Below, in pieces: positions 1 to 10,167 of a stretch of 64,000 nucleotides of DNA. A model generated the notes under the pieces. The model saw only the letters and a list, made by a program, of their open reading frames with translations, did no database searches and was not told where the DNA came from. The stretch comes from Longimicrobiales bacterium (GTDB taxonomy: Bacteria; Gemmatimonadota; Gemmatimonadetes; Longimicrobiales; Gaopeijiaceae), in assembly GCA_041690395.1 (NCBI GenBank), contig JAWLHJ010000004.1, forward strand, positions 192,001 through 256,000, given 5' to 3'. Both the position numbers and the translations under genes were made by a program. Position 1 is the stretch's first letter. Each line of letters begins with the position of its first letter.

Positions 1-1127
1 GCGTAGCTCGGCCAGCGATCGGCGAGACCCGACGGCGTGCCTCCCTCGTCGGCGAGGTGCTGGAGGATGAGGGCCACGGCGAGCGGAGCGTCCCGCGTGT
101 GGTGGAGCGCCGGCAGGATCACCCCACCGTTCCCTTCCCCACCGACCACGGCTCCCTCCGCCTGCATGCGCCGGGCGACGTTGACCTCCCCGACCGGCGC
201 CCGGACGAGAGGCACGTCGAACGAGCGGGCCACGTCCTCGACGACCTGGCTCGTGGAAAGGTTGGTGACCACGGGGCCCGGCGTGCGGGCCAGCACGGCC
301 GCCGCCGCGAGCGCGAGCGTCAGGTCCTCTCCCATCGCCTCGCCGTTCTCGTCGACGAGCGAGAGTCGGTCCACGTCCGGATCGATTCCGAGCCCGATCG
401 CCGCCCCGCTTTCGCGCACCAGCTCTCCGAGGTCGCGCAGGTTGTCGGCCGTCGGCTCGGGGTCGCGTGGGAAGCGCCCGTCGGGCTCCATGCCGATCCC
501 GACGACGTCGCAGCCGAGGGCCTCGAGCAAATCCCGAACGGGAGGCCCGCCGGCGCCGTGCACGCAATCCACGGCGACCTTGAACCGCTTCTCGCGGATG
601 CGGTTCACCTCGATCACCTCCATCTCGAGGATGCGCTGGAGGTGCCGGGCCCAGGCCTCGTCGTCGGTGCTCACCCGCCCGATCCCGTCCCACGGAGCGC
701 GCGGAGGGTCTTCGCTGCGCAGGAAGTCCAGGAACGCCTTCGACCGATCCGCGTCCAGGAAGATTCCCTCCTCGGAGACCAGCTTCAACGCGTTCCACTC
801 CGCCGGGTTGTGGCTCGCCGTGATCCCCAGCGCCCCGGCGGCGCCCCGGTCCTCTACCGCCAGCAGGAGCGTGGGGGTCGGTACCACGCCGAGGTCCACG
901 ACGTCGCATCCCACGGATTGTAGCCCGGCGATCACGGCCCGGGAGAACATCGGCCCGGAGGTCCGGGAATCGCGCCCGACGAAGACCGGAGCCTTCCGAT
1001 CGCGCGTCATGAACGCGCCGAACGCCGCCGCCACGCCGGCCATGAGCTCGGGAGTGAGGGGAGCGCCCACGCGTCCGCGGACACCGGACACGCTAACCAT
1101 GAGGTCGTCGGGAAGCTGGATCGGCAC
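1..1127 (-). CDS. Phosphohexomutase (phosphoglucosamine mutase / PMM-PGM family), 3' end beyond window edge
   Basis: Not in ORF track because no stop lies in the window. Manual minus-strand translation gives (VPIQLPDDL)MVSVSGVRG...VGRDSRTSG...VPTPT...ITASHNP (catalytic Ser loop). Start is GTG 1127 or ATG 1100. Confidence 0.9.
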   Translation of the reverse strand, partial: MPIQLPDDLMVSVSGVRGRVGAPLTPELMAGVAAAFGAFMTRDRKAPVFVGRDSRTSGPMFSRAVIAGLQSVGCDVVDLGVVPTPTLLLAVEDRGAAGALGITASHNPAEWNALKLVSEEGIFLDADRSKAFLDFLRSEDPPRAPWDGIGRVSTDDEAWARHLQRILEMEVIEVNRIREKRFKVAVDCVHGAGGPPVRDLLEALGCDVVGIGMEPDGRFPRDPEPTADNLRDLGELVRESGAAIGLGIDPDVDRLSLVDENGEAMGEDLTLALAAAAVLARTPGPVVTNLSTSQVVEDVARSFDVPLVRAPVGEVNVARRMQAEGAVVGGEGNGGVILPALHHTRDAPLAVALILQHLADEGGTPSGLADRWPSY

Positions 1128-1320
1128 GAAGGGGTTTCTCGGGAACGAGGATCAGGGGCCGGGGGGAGCCCGGAGCGCCCGGAGCGGGGCTGCCCGAAGT
1201 TCGCCCCCCCGCCGCCGGAGCGTCAACGGAATCGCCCGGACGCGGTGGCGCTCGGTTCCGGGATCCTTCTAGATTCGGCCTCCTCGACGCCTATCACGCC
1301 TTCAGAGAAGGACTTCGCAC

Positions 1321-2484
1321 ATGGCCGATCAGCCAAAGGGCAGCTTCCGCTTCGACACGCTGGCGATCCACGCCGGAGCGCGCCCCGAGCCGGTCACCGG
1401 GGCGATCATGACCCCCATCTTCCAGACCTCGACCTACGTGCAGCCGGCGGTCGGCGAGCCGCTCCAGGGATCGTACGACTACGGGCGCACGGCCAACCCG
1501 ACCCGCGAGGCGCTCGAGGAGAACATCGCGGCGCTCGAGGGAGGGACGCGGGGCGTGGCGTTCGCGTCCGGGCTCGCCGCGATCGAGGCCGTCCTGAAGC
1601 GTCTGTCCGCCGGCGACCACGTCGTCAGCGAAGAGAACACCTACGGCGGCACGACCCGCATGTTCAACCACGTGCTGAGCCGGTTCGGGATCGAGTTCAC
1701 CTACGTCGACTCCCGGGACCTCGAAGCGGTGGCGGCGGCCATGCGGCCGAACACCAGGCTGGTGCATATCGAGACCCCGACGAACCCGATGATGCGGGTG
1801 AGCGACATCCGGGCGCTCGCCGATCTCGCGCACGCGAACGGCGCGCTTCTGTCGGTGGACAACACCTTCGCCTCGCCCTACAACCAGCGCCCCCTGGAGC
1901 TCGGCGCCGACTTCACCGTGCACTCGGCGACCAAGTACATCAACGGGCACTCGGACGTCATCGGGGGGCTCCTCGCGGTTCGTGACGAGGCGCTCGCCGA
2001 CGAGATCATGTTCATCCGCAAGTCGACGGGAGCCGTGCCCGGACCGATGGACTGCTTCCTCACGCTGCGTGGCGCGAAGACGCTGGCGGTGCGCATGCGG
2101 CAGCACAACGACAACGGCATGGCCGTCGCGCGCTTCCTCGAGGGGCACGCCAAGGTGGACCGGGTGCTCTATCCCGGGCTCGAGTCCCATCCGGACCACG
2201 AGCTCGCCAAGGCCCAGATGCTCGGCTTCACCGGGATGGTATCGGTCGACGTGGGGACGCTGGAGCGGGCCAAGGCGCTCACCGAGCACCTCCGTGTCTT
2301 CTCGCTCGCGGAGAGCCTGGGCGGGATCGAATCGCTGATCAGCGTGCCGGCGCTCATGACGCACGCTTCGGTGCCCGAGGACCGCCGCATGGAGATGGGG
2401 GTCACCCCGGGGCTGGTCCGGCTCTCCGTGGGCATCGAGGACATCGACGACATCATCGAGGACCTGGACAGGGTATTGGGATGA
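1321..2484 (+). CDS. Cystathionine gamma-synthase/gamma-lyase family PLP enzyme
   Basis: YGRTANPT, FASGLAA, ETPTNP, DNTF, HSATKYINGHSD (PLP Lys), LAESLGG, RLSVGIED motifs. Confidence 0.93.
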   Translation: MADQPKGSFRFDTLAIHAGARPEPVTGAIMTPIFQTSTYVQPAVGEPLQGSYDYGRTANPTREALEENIAALEGGTRGVAFASGLAAIEAVLKRLSAGDHVVSEENTYGGTTRMFNHVLSRFGIEFTYVDSRDLEAVAAAMRPNTRLVHIETPTNPMMRVSDIRALADLAHANGALLSVDNTFASPYNQRPLELGADFTVHSATKYINGHSDVIGGLLAVRDEALADEIMFIRKSTGAVPGPMDCFLTLRGAKTLAVRMRQHNDNGMAVARFLEGHAKVDRVLYPGLESHPDHELAKAQMLGFTGMVSVDVGTLERAKALTEHLRVFSLAESLGGIESLISVPALMTHASVPEDRRMEMGVTPGLVRLSVGIEDIDDIIEDLDRVLG

Positions 2485-2560
2485 GGCGCGCGGCGGAGGG
2501 AGGATCGACGACCGGAGGAGGGACGGTCCGGGGCCGGATCGCCCGGCGGCTCCCCCCTGA

Positions 2561-2589
2561 TGAAACCGCGGCCCGCCCGCCCGCGTAGG
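2561..2589 (+). promoter_or_regulatory. Putative ECF (SigW-like) promoter of the M48 peptidase gene
   Basis: TGAAAC(2561-2566)-N17-CGTAGG(2584-2589). Same motif and spacing at 10131 and 10870. Confidence 0.7.
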
Positions 2590-2627
2590 ACCCCGTATCC
2601 GAGACCCCGCCAGGAGCGTTACGAGAC

Positions 2628-3632
2628 ATGAGCGACCAGAACGGCCCGACCGACGATACCCGCTCCGGAAACGCCGGCGCGAAGCGCATCCTGACCGGCA
2701 TCGCGCCGCGTGCCTGGGAGCACCCGGCGGACAAGGCCGCGCTCCAGGCGCTCCGTCGCGTGCCCGTCTTCGACGAAGTGCTCCGTAAGGTGTTCGGCTT
2801 CTTCGGGGAGAAGCCCATCCGGCTCGCCTTCCAGGCGAACGCCGTCCAGGTCGGGCCGAACCAGTTCCCGAGGATCCACGCGAGCTACCTCGAGTGCCTG
2901 AAGACCCTCGACGCGCCCGAGGAGTACCCGCTCTTCGTCTCGCAGACACCCCTCGTGAACGCCGGCGCGTACGGGATGTCCCAGCCGTTCATCATCCTCA
3001 ACTCGGGGACGGTCCGCCTCCTCGACGACGACGAGCTCTCCTACGTCATCGGGCACGAGATCGGGCACATCCTGAGCGACCACGTGCTTTACCGCACGAT
3101 GACCGTGTTGCTGATCAACCTGGCGAACATGGGCTTCCCGATCGTCGGGCTGGCGGCCCGTGCCGTGCTGGTCGCGCTGCTCGAATGGTCGAGGAAGGCC
3201 GAGCTCACCGCGGACCGCGCGGGGCTTCTCGCCATCCAGAATCCCGAGAGGGTCATGCACGGGATGATGAAGATGGCCGGCGGCGGGACGAACGCGGAGA
3301 CGAACCTCCAGGCCTTCATCAACCAGGCCGACGAGTATCGCGAGAGCGGCGACGTCGCGGACCAGGTCTTCAAGGTCCTGAACCTCGTGTTCCAGACCCA
3401 CCCCTTCTACGTGCTCCGCGTGAGCGAGCTGAGGAGCTGGATCGAGGCGGGCGACTACGACCGGATCCTCCGGGGCGAGTACCCGAGGGCGGACGAGCCC
3501 AACCCCACGTACGACCAGGACCTCCGGGACGCGGCCAAGGCCTACAGCGAAGAGGCCCGGGACTTCCTCGACGTGCTGGGCGACGCGGCGAAGCGCATGG
3601 GCTCCGACTTCATGGGCGGTCTCCGTCGCTGA
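2628..3632 (+). CDS. M48 family (HtpX/Ste24-like) zinc metallopeptidase
   Basis: NAGAYG, HEIGH zinc motif, WSRKAELTADRAG, THP. Confidence 0.88.
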   Translation: MSDQNGPTDDTRSGNAGAKRILTGIAPRAWEHPADKAALQALRRVPVFDEVLRKVFGFFGEKPIRLAFQANAVQVGPNQFPRIHASYLECLKTLDAPEEYPLFVSQTPLVNAGAYGMSQPFIILNSGTVRLLDDDELSYVIGHEIGHILSDHVLYRTMTVLLINLANMGFPIVGLAARAVLVALLEWSRKAELTADRAGLLAIQNPERVMHGMMKMAGGGTNAETNLQAFINQADEYRESGDVADQVFKVLNLVFQTHPFYVLRVSELRSWIEAGDYDRILRGEYPRADEPNPTYDQDLRDAAKAYSEEARDFLDVLGDAAKRMGSDFMGGLRR

Positions 3633-3638
3633 TGCTCC

Positions 3639-3668
3639 GGGCGCGGCGCCGCTCCGCCCCTTTTCTTT
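3639..3668 (+). terminator. Possible intrinsic terminator after the M48 gene
   Basis: Imperfect GC stem 3639-3659 followed by TTTTCTTT. Confidence 0.4.
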
Positions 3669-3695
3669 CCGGGTCGGGCATGTAGACTCCGCGCC

Positions 3696-4982
3696 ATGCG
3701 CATTCTGATCGTAGGAAACGGAGGGCGTGAGCACGCCCTGCTCTGGAAGCTGCGGCGGGACGCTCCCGACGCCGAGTTCTTCGTAACGCGGCCGAACGGC
3801 GGCATGGTCGGCACGTGCCAGCCCGTCGACCTGGCGCCGAGCGACGTCGAGGGGCTCGCCGCCTGGGCCGAGGCCCGACGGATCGACCTGACCGTCGTCG
3901 GGCCGGAGGCCCCCCTCGCCGCCGGCATCGTCGACCGCTTCGAGGCGCGGGGACTCCGTGCCTTCGGTCCGAGCGCCCGGGCGGCCCGCATCGAGTCGAG
4001 CAAGGCCTACGCGAAAGCGCTCATGCGCGACGCTGGCATTCCCACGGCCGACCACCGCACCTTCACGAGCGCCGACGAAGCGAAGGCCTACGTGCGCGAG
4101 CGCGGGGCGCCGATCGTGGTGAAGGCCTCCGGGCTGGCGGCCGGCAAGGGAGCCGTGGTGTGCGAGACCGTCGACGAAGCGACCGAGGCCGTGGACGCGA
4201 TGCTGGCCGAGGGCGCGTTCGGCTCGGCGGGCGAGAAAGTCGTCGTCGAGGAGTTCATGCGGGGCGAGGAGCTCTCGGTGTTCGCCGTCACGGACGGCCG
4301 GAGCTTCACGCTCCTCGAGCCGTCCCAGGACCACAAGCGGGTCGGCGAAGGAGACACGGGCCCGAATACGGGTGGCATGGGTGCCTACGCGCCCGTCGCC
4401 ATGGCCGACGACGCCCTCCTCTCCGAGGCCGCTGAACGGATCATCGAGCCGACGTTGGCAGCGATGGCGGCGGACGGATCTACGTTCAAGGGGCTCCTCT
4501 ACGCCGGCCTCATGAAGACGGCCGAGGGCCTGAAGGTCGTGGAGTTCAACTGCCGTTTCGGCGACCCCGAGACTCAGGTCGTCCTCCCGCTGCTCGACGC
4601 CTCGCTACTCGACTTGATGACGCGCGTCGCGGAAGGCGGCACCCTCGAGCCGGGGAGGGCTCCGAGCCGTCCCGGGGCGGCCGTCACGACGGTCGTGGCG
4701 TCCGGTGGGTACCCTGGGCCTTACGAATCCGGAAAGCCGATCACCCTGCCTGCGGAGCTCGACAGGGACGACCTGATCGTCTTCCATGCAGGCACGAAGC
4801 TCGACGGGAGCGGCGCCCTGGTCACCTCCGGGGGGCGGGTGCTGGCCGTGACGGCACTGGCCCCGACCTTCGCGGAAGCAGCGGACGCGAGCAGGACCGC
4901 CGCCGGAAAGGTCGCCTTCGAGGGCGGGTTCTTCCGCGGCGACATCGGATGGAGAGAACGTCAACGTCAGGAGGGATCGTGA
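3696..4982 (+). CDS. purD: Phosphoribosylamine--glycine ligase
   Basis: [54 protein letters not shown]. Confidence 0.97.
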   Translation: MRILIVGNGGREHALLWKLRRDAPDAEFFVTRPNGGMVGTCQPVDLAPSDVEGLAAWAEARRIDLTVVGPEAPLAAGIVDRFEARGLRAFGPSARAARIESSKAYAKALMRDAGIPTADHRTFTSADEAKAYVRERGAPIVVKASGLAAGKGAVVCETVDEATEAVDAMLAEGAFGSAGEKVVVEEFMRGEELSVFAVTDGRSFTLLEPSQDHKRVGEGDTGPNTGGMGAYAPVAMADDALLSEAAERIIEPTLAAMAADGSTFKGLLYAGLMKTAEGLKVVEFNCRFGDPETQVVLPLLDASLLDLMTRVAEGGTLEPGRAPSRPGAAVTTVVASGGYPGPYESGKPITLPAELDRDDLIVFHAGTKLDGSGALVTSGGRVLAVTALAPTFAEAADASRTAAGKVAFEGGFFRGDIGWRERQRQEGS

Positions 4983-5299
4983 TCGTCACCACCACCCCGT
5001 CCGTCGAGGGGCGCCCGGCCAGGGAATACCTCGGCATCGTCATGGGCGAAGCCATCATCGGCGCCAACATCTTCAAGGACTTCCTCGCCGGCGTGCGCGA
5101 CATCGTGGGCGGTCGGTCCCAGGCCTACGAGAAGGCACTCCGGGGCGCGCGGCAGGAAGCGCTGCGAGAGATGGCCAAGCGCGCGCAGGACCTCGGTGCC
5201 GACGCCGTTCTCTCGGTGGACCTCGATTACGAGATCATCGGCAAGGCCGGCAGCATGTTGATGGTGACCTGCGCCGGCACGGCGGTAAAGCTGGGCTGA
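4979..5299 (+). CDS. YbjQ/UPF0145 family protein
   Basis: GTG start overlaps purD stop (GTGA). [10 protein letters not shown]...GANIFKD...[10 protein letters not shown]...GADAV...GTAV. Confidence 0.9.
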   Translation: MIVTTTPSVEGRPAREYLGIVMGEAIIGANIFKDFLAGVRDIVGGRSQAYEKALRGARQEALREMAKRAQDLGADAVLSVDLDYEIIGKAGSMLMVTCAGTAVKLG

Positions 5300-5320
5300 C
5301 AGCGCCCGCGCCGATCCCCC

Positions 5321-6175
5321 ATGCCAGAGCTACCCGAGGCGGAGACCATCGTGAGGGGCCTCCGCCCCCATGTCGTCGGTCGCGTCATCGAACGGATCGA
5401 CGTACTCCGCCCCGACGTGCTCCGCGAGGACGAGGCTTCGTTCCGTCGCTCTCTCGAGGGCCGGCGCTTCGACTCCGTCGAGCGCCGGGCGAAGAACGTG
5501 GTCGCGCCGCTGACCGGAAACCGGGTGCTGGCCGTGAACCTCGGCATGACCGGCCGGCTCCTCTTCTTCGCCGACCCGCCCGACGATGGCCGCGCGCCGA
5601 CCCATGCCGCCGTACGGTTTCACCTCGACGGGAACGCCCTGCTCGTGTTCGACGATGTCCGGAGGTTCGGCACGGTGGAAGCGCTCAGCCAGGAGGACTG
5701 GAAGGCGCGCTCCGAGCGCATGGGCCCGGAGCCGCTCGGCCGGGCGTTCACGGCCCGGTCGCTGCTCGACGGCCTCGGGCGATCCAGCTCGCCAGTGCGC
5801 AGCTGGCTGCTCGACCAGAGGCGCGTCGCCGGTGTCGGGAACATCTACGCCAACGAGGCACTCTATCACGCTGGTGTCGACCCACGGCGCCCGGCCCGAG
5901 ACGTCGGTGTCGACGAGGCGCGCAGGCTGCACCGCGCGCTCCGCGGGGTGCTGCGCAACGCGATCGAGGCGGGAGGAACCACGCTACGTGACTATCGAAC
6001 GGCGGATGGCGAGGAAGGCCGCTATGGGCGGGCGCTCTGGGTCTACGGCCGCGACGGCGAGCCCTGCGGCCGTTGTGGCGCCACCATCGAGCGCGTCGTG
6101 TTCGGCGGCCGCTCGGCCTTCGTCTGTCCCGGATGCCAGCCCGGCGAAGGTCGCGTGCCGATGGGCGCGGGGTAG
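5321..6175 (+). CDS. mutM: Formamidopyrimidine-DNA glycosylase
   Basis: N-terminal PELPE, LGMTG, RRFG, H2TH GVGNIYANE, C-terminal CxxC...CxxCQ zinc finger. Confidence 0.96.
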   Translation: MPELPEAETIVRGLRPHVVGRVIERIDVLRPDVLREDEASFRRSLEGRRFDSVERRAKNVVAPLTGNRVLAVNLGMTGRLLFFADPPDDGRAPTHAAVRFHLDGNALLVFDDVRRFGTVEALSQEDWKARSERMGPEPLGRAFTARSLLDGLGRSSSPVRSWLLDQRRVAGVGNIYANEALYHAGVDPRRPARDVGVDEARRLHRALRGVLRNAIEAGGTTLRDYRTADGEEGRYGRALWVYGRDGEPCGRCGATIERVVFGGRSAFVCPGCQPGEGRVPMGAG

Positions 6176-6230
6176 GCGGCCCGTGAGCGGATCGCTCGCC
6201 CCCCGGGTGCCTCCATCGGGCCCACGCACG

Positions 6231-7790
6231 ATGGCCTCACGCCTGACTGTCTCTCGCCTGGTCGTGTCGTCCCTCGGCGTCGCGGCCCTGATGCTCGCGT
6301 CCGGCTGCGGGTCCGGGCCACGCGCTCCGGCCGCCCGGACCAGCGGCGTGCCCGCTCCGGCCGCGACCCTCGCTCCCAGTCCGGGCGAGCGCCTTCCCGT
6401 GCGCGAGGTCACCCTCGACAACGGGATGCGCTTCCTCATCCTGCCGCGCGACGGGGCACCCACCGTCTCGTTCGTGCTCCAGTTCGGCATCGGCGGCGTG
6501 CACGAGCGCGAGGGACAGACGGGCATCGCGCATCTCCTCGAGCACATGCTGTTCAAGGGCACGACCACCATCGGGACCCGGGACCTCGACGCGGAGCTCG
6601 CCTACTTCGACCGCATCGACTCGGTGCACGACACGCTGCTGGTCGCGCGTGCATCGGACGACACCACGGCGATCGAGCGGCTCTCGAAACGCATCGTCGA
6701 GCTCGAGGACTCGGCCCGCGCGTTCGTGGACAGCAACGCCTTCGACCGGATCCTCACCCGCGAAGGAGCGCAGGGCCTCAACGCCACGACGACGTCCGAG
6801 GCCACGATCTACTTCGTCGAGCTCCCGGCCAACCGCGCAGAGCTCTGGTTCGTGCTCGAGGCGGACCGTATGCGTGACCCGGTCTTCCGGGAGTTCTACA
6901 GCGAGCGGAGCGTGGTGCTCGAGGAGCGCCGCATGCGTGTCGACGCGAGCCCGGGCGGGACGCTCTACGAGCGCCACCTGGCCGAGGCGTTCAGGGTGCA
7001 TCCCTACGGCCAGCCCGTGGTCGGGCACATGCGCGACCTCGAGCGTATCTCCCGGCGGGACCTCGAGCACTATTTCAGCCGCTACTACACGCCCGACAAC
7101 ACCGTCGCCGCGATCGTCGGCGACATCGATCCGGACCACATGGAACGCCTCGCGCGCCGGTACTTCGGCGACATCGAGGCAGGCGAGCCGCCCCCGGCCG
7201 TGACTGCGGTGGAGCCGCCGCAACGGGAGGAGCGGCGGGTGGAAGTCGGCTGGGACGCCCAGCCCCTGCTCCGCATCGGCTGGCGCGTGCCGTCCCAACA
7301 GGACGACGAAGCCGTCGCGGTGACGGTCCTGTCGTCGCTCCTGACCGGGGGGAGGAGCTCGCGGCTGCACCGCCGCCTGGTCACGGAGGAGCGGGTCGCC
7401 ACGGGCGTGTTCAGCTCGGTCGGCCCGGGGAGCCGCTTTCCCGGCCTCCTCCAGATCGACGCCACGCCCAGGGCGCCCCATCCACCGGAGACCGTCGAGG
7501 CGCTGATCTACGAGGAGGTCGAGCGTCTCGCGCGCGAAGGGCCCAGCGAGCGCGAGCTGGAGCGGGTCCGGAACCAGGTGGCCGCGGGCGCCGTGCGACG
7601 GATGACGTCGAATCTGGGCCTGGCCTTCCAGCTCGCCGAGTCGACGTCACTCGAGGGCGACTGGCGCGAGACGTTCCGAGGCGCGGAGCGCCTGCGGGAG
7701 CTGACACGGGAGGACGTGCGCAAGGCTGCGGCCCGTTACCTGACGGAGCAGAACCGCACCGTCGCCGTGCTACGCCGGGAGGAGCCGTGA
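6231..7790 (+). CDS. M16 (pitrilysin/MPP-like) zinc peptidase, catalytic subunit, probable lipoprotein
   Basis: GIAHLLEHMLFKGT (HxxEH), NATT, EERRMR, HPYGQPVVG. Lipobox-like LASGC. Start re-called from the over-long ORF 5586. Confidence 0.88.
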   Translation: MASRLTVSRLVVSSLGVAALMLASGCGSGPRAPAARTSGVPAPAATLAPSPGERLPVREVTLDNGMRFLILPRDGAPTVSFVLQFGIGGVHEREGQTGIAHLLEHMLFKGTTTIGTRDLDAELAYFDRIDSVHDTLLVARASDDTTAIERLSKRIVELEDSARAFVDSNAFDRILTREGAQGLNATTTSEATIYFVELPANRAELWFVLEADRMRDPVFREFYSERSVVLEERRMRVDASPGGTLYERHLAEAFRVHPYGQPVVGHMRDLERISRRDLEHYFSRYYTPDNTVAAIVGDIDPDHMERLARRYFGDIEAGEPPPAVTAVEPPQREERRVEVGWDAQPLLRIGWRVPSQQDDEAVAVTVLSSLLTGGRSSRLHRRLVTEERVATGVFSSVGPGSRFPGLLQIDATPRAPHPPETVEALIYEEVERLAREGPSERELERVRNQVAAGAVRRMTSNLGLAFQLAESTSLEGDWRETFRGAERLRELTREDVRKAAARYLTEQNRTVAVLRREEP

Positions 7791-9232
7791 AGAAGCGCCT
7801 CCCCCTTCGGGCGTGGGCTCTGGCCACGGCCGTGGCGGGTGCCATCCTGACGACCGTGCCGGGTGCCGCGCAAACCCCTCGCGAGCGGGTCGACGCCATG
7901 TCGTTCGGCCCCGTACGTTTCGAGCAGCCGACCCCCGAGCGTTACGAGGTGGAGGGGGTGACCGTGCTCCTCCTCGAGGACCGGGACCTCCCGCTCGTCA
8001 CGACGATGGTCGGCTTCGAGGGCGGTTACGGCCTGTTCCCTCGCTCGCGCTACGCCGCCGCGACGGCGCTGCCGGCGCTCATGCGATACGGCGGTGTGGA
8101 AGGCATGGCACCCGATTCGGTCGATGCCGAGCTGGAGACGTACGCCATTCAGCTTTCGTTCGGCAGCGGCGGGGGCGCGGTGTCGTCCAGCATGAACGTG
8201 CTCACCGAGCATTTCGGACGCGCCATGGCGCTCTGGGGCCGCATGATCGCCGAGCCCGCGTTCGATCCGTCCGAGGTCGAGATCTGGCGCGGCCGTCAGA
8301 TGGAGAGCGTGCTCCGTCGCCCCGACGACCCGGGCACCGTCGCGTTCTCGGAGTTCAACGCCCTCCTCTACGGCGATCACCCCATCGGGTGGGAGATGGC
8401 CGAGGCCGACCTGGACCCGGGCGCATTGACGCGTGAGCGCCTCGACGAGATCCACCGCCGGATCGTGTGCCGGGACAACCTGCTCGTGGGCGTGACCGGG
8501 GACGTGTCCTGGGCCGAGGCACGGCCCGTGGTCGAGCGCTTCGTCCGGCGCATACCCGAGTGCGCGGAGCCCCTCCCCGAGCCGCCCGTCCCGGACGTGC
8601 GCGCCCGTCCCGGCGTCTATCTCATCCACAAGGAGCTCGACCAGGCGGTCGTCGTCCTGGCGCACCCCACCGACCTTCCGCTCGCCGACGATCCCGAGTA
8701 CTTCGCGGCGACGATCGGGAACACGATCCTGGGCGCCGGAGGCTTCTCGAGCCGGATCATGGACAAGGTCCGCACCGAGCGGGGCTACGCTTACTCGGCG
8801 TCCTCCCTCTGGACGACGCCCCGGCGCTATCCCGGGCTCCTGGGGGCCGTGACGCGGACGCAGCCGGAAACCGCGGTGCCCGCCATCGAGGTCATCATGG
8901 AGACGATGCGCGGCCTCGGTGACGAGCCGCCCACCGACGAAGAGGTGAAGACCACGGTCGACCGGATCGTGAACGGCTTCGTCTTCAACTTCGAGAATCC
9001 GTCCCAGATCGTCTCACGAACGATGTTCTACCTGGCCCAGGATCTCCCCGAGGACTGGCTCGAGCGTTACCTGAACGGCGTGCAGGCCGTGGACGCCGAC
9101 GCCGTGGCGGGTGTGTTCGACGCGCATCTGCGCCCCGACGACATGACGATCCTGGTGGTGGGGGACACGGCGCGGATCGGGCGGGATGCCCTCGAGCGCC
9201 TCGGCGCGGTCACGGTGCTGCCCACGCCCTGA
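7787..9232 (+). CDS. M16 peptidase non-catalytic partner subunit, secreted
   Basis: Signal peptide, M16-like sequence without HxxEH, GGFSSRIMDKVRTERGYAY (R/Y pair). GTGA overlap with the upstream gene. Confidence 0.85.
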   Translation: MKKRLPLRAWALATAVAGAILTTVPGAAQTPRERVDAMSFGPVRFEQPTPERYEVEGVTVLLLEDRDLPLVTTMVGFEGGYGLFPRSRYAAATALPALMRYGGVEGMAPDSVDAELETYAIQLSFGSGGGAVSSSMNVLTEHFGRAMALWGRMIAEPAFDPSEVEIWRGRQMESVLRRPDDPGTVAFSEFNALLYGDHPIGWEMAEADLDPGALTRERLDEIHRRIVCRDNLLVGVTGDVSWAEARPVVERFVRRIPECAEPLPEPPVPDVRARPGVYLIHKELDQAVVVLAHPTDLPLADDPEYFAATIGNTILGAGGFSSRIMDKVRTERGYAYSASSLWTTPRRYPGLLGAVTRTQPETAVPAIEVIMETMRGLGDEPPTDEEVKTTVDRIVNGFVFNFENPSQIVSRTMFYLAQDLPEDWLERYLNGVQAVDADAVAGVFDAHLRPDDMTILVVGDTARIGRDALERLGAVTVLPTP

Positions 9233-9296
9233 GGTCCCTGTCGGACGAGACGCGGAACGGCGCGGGACACGGGACCCCGCCCCGCGGATCACGCCC

Positions 9297-10025
9297 TCAG
9301 GCCGATCCCCAGTGGATGGCGGCGATACCGAAGGTGAGCAGGCGCCACCCCACGTCGCGGAAGCCCACAGACTCGAGTAGCACCCCGAGCTCCGACGGAC
9401 CGGGGAATTCCTTCACCGACTCCGGCAGGTACGTGTACGCCCACGGGTGACCCGAGACGACCCGCCCCACGACCGGCAGGACACGCCTGAAGTAGAAGTG
9501 GTAGCCGGCTCGCACGACCGGGTTGGGCGGGGTGGTGAACTCCAGGATCACGAGGCGGCGTCCGGGCTTCAGCACCCTCCGAAACTCCGCGAGGCCCCGC
9601 TCCAGATCGGAGAGGTTCCGCACGCCGAAGCCGACGGTCGCCCCGTCGAAGGTGTCGTCCGGGAACGGAAGGCCCAGCGTGTCACCGCAAACGGGCTGAA
9701 CCCGTGCATCCGAGATCTTGCTTCCGCCCTGCACGAGCATGGGGTGCGCGAAGTCGGACGCCACGACCCGCCCGCCAAAGCCGTCCCTCCGCTCGAGCTC
9801 GAGCGAGAGGTCGAACGTACCGGCACAGGCATCCAGGTAGGTGCCGTCGGGAGCGGACTCCCAGTCGAGGCCGGCCACGGCCTTCTTTCGCCAGCGCCGA
9901 TCGATGTTGAGGCTGAGAACGTGGTTCAGCAGGTCGTAGCGCGGCGCGATCTCCGAGAAGATGCGCTGCACCTGGCGCTCCCGCTCGGCACCGGTCTTCG
10001 GTGCCGCGTCGGATGGGGATTGCAT
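9297..10025 (-). CDS. ubiE: Demethylmenaquinone/ubiquinone methyltransferase (UbiE/MenG)
   Basis: IAPRYDLLNHVLSL..DRRW, LDACAGT, GFGVRN, RVLKPG, AYTYLPESV. Confidence 0.93.
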   Translation of the reverse strand: MQSPSDAAPKTGAERERQVQRIFSEIAPRYDLLNHVLSLNIDRRWRKKAVAGLDWESAPDGTYLDACAGTFDLSLELERRDGFGGRVVASDFAHPMLVQGGSKISDARVQPVCGDTLGLPFPDDTFDGATVGFGVRNLSDLERGLAEFRRVLKPGRRLVILEFTTPPNPVVRAGYHFYFRRVLPVVGRVVSGHPWAYTYLPESVKEFPGPSELGVLLESVGFRDVGWRLLTFGIAAIHWGSA

Positions 10026-10091
10026 GACAGGGATGGTCCGGTGGGGTAGCTTCAGGGAGCCCCGAAGGCGCGTTCGGCCTCGTGTCGAGCA

Positions 10092-10120
10092 AAGCTAGGC
10101 GAACCCGAGGGGCGTCTCAA
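10092..10120 (-). promoter_or_regulatory. Putative sigma70-type promoter of ubiE
   Basis: Minus strand TTGAGA-N17-TAGCTT. Confidence 0.45.
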
Positions 10121-10130
10121 CGTCCGGAGC

Positions 10131-10159
10131 CGAAACCCGGGTGTGTGCGGTCGCGTAGG
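10131..10159 (+). promoter_or_regulatory. Putative autoregulatory ECF promoter of the sigma factor gene
   Basis: CGAAAC(10131-10136)-N17-CGTAGG(10154-10159). Confidence 0.7.
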
Positions 10160-10167
10160 GATGCACG

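Noticed and set aside
37..1272. Long plus-strand ORFs 37..1272 and 57..923
   Set aside because: Shadow ORFs of the minus-strand phosphohexomutase, which has clear motifs but is missing from the track because it runs off the edge.
1128..1320. SAM riboswitch before the cystathionine enzyme, and the short repeat CCCGGAGCG x2
   Set aside because: No SAM riboswitch consensus visible. A 9-nt GC repeat is expected by chance.
5586..6230. Apparent N-terminal extensions or fusions in the ORF track (5586 M16, 28767 mfd, 23001 barrel, 39247 holB, 16687..18471, 57660..60293, 60182..61810)
   Set aside because: Open upstream frames overlapping the preceding gene. Downstream starts with SD sequences or stop/start overlaps fit better.
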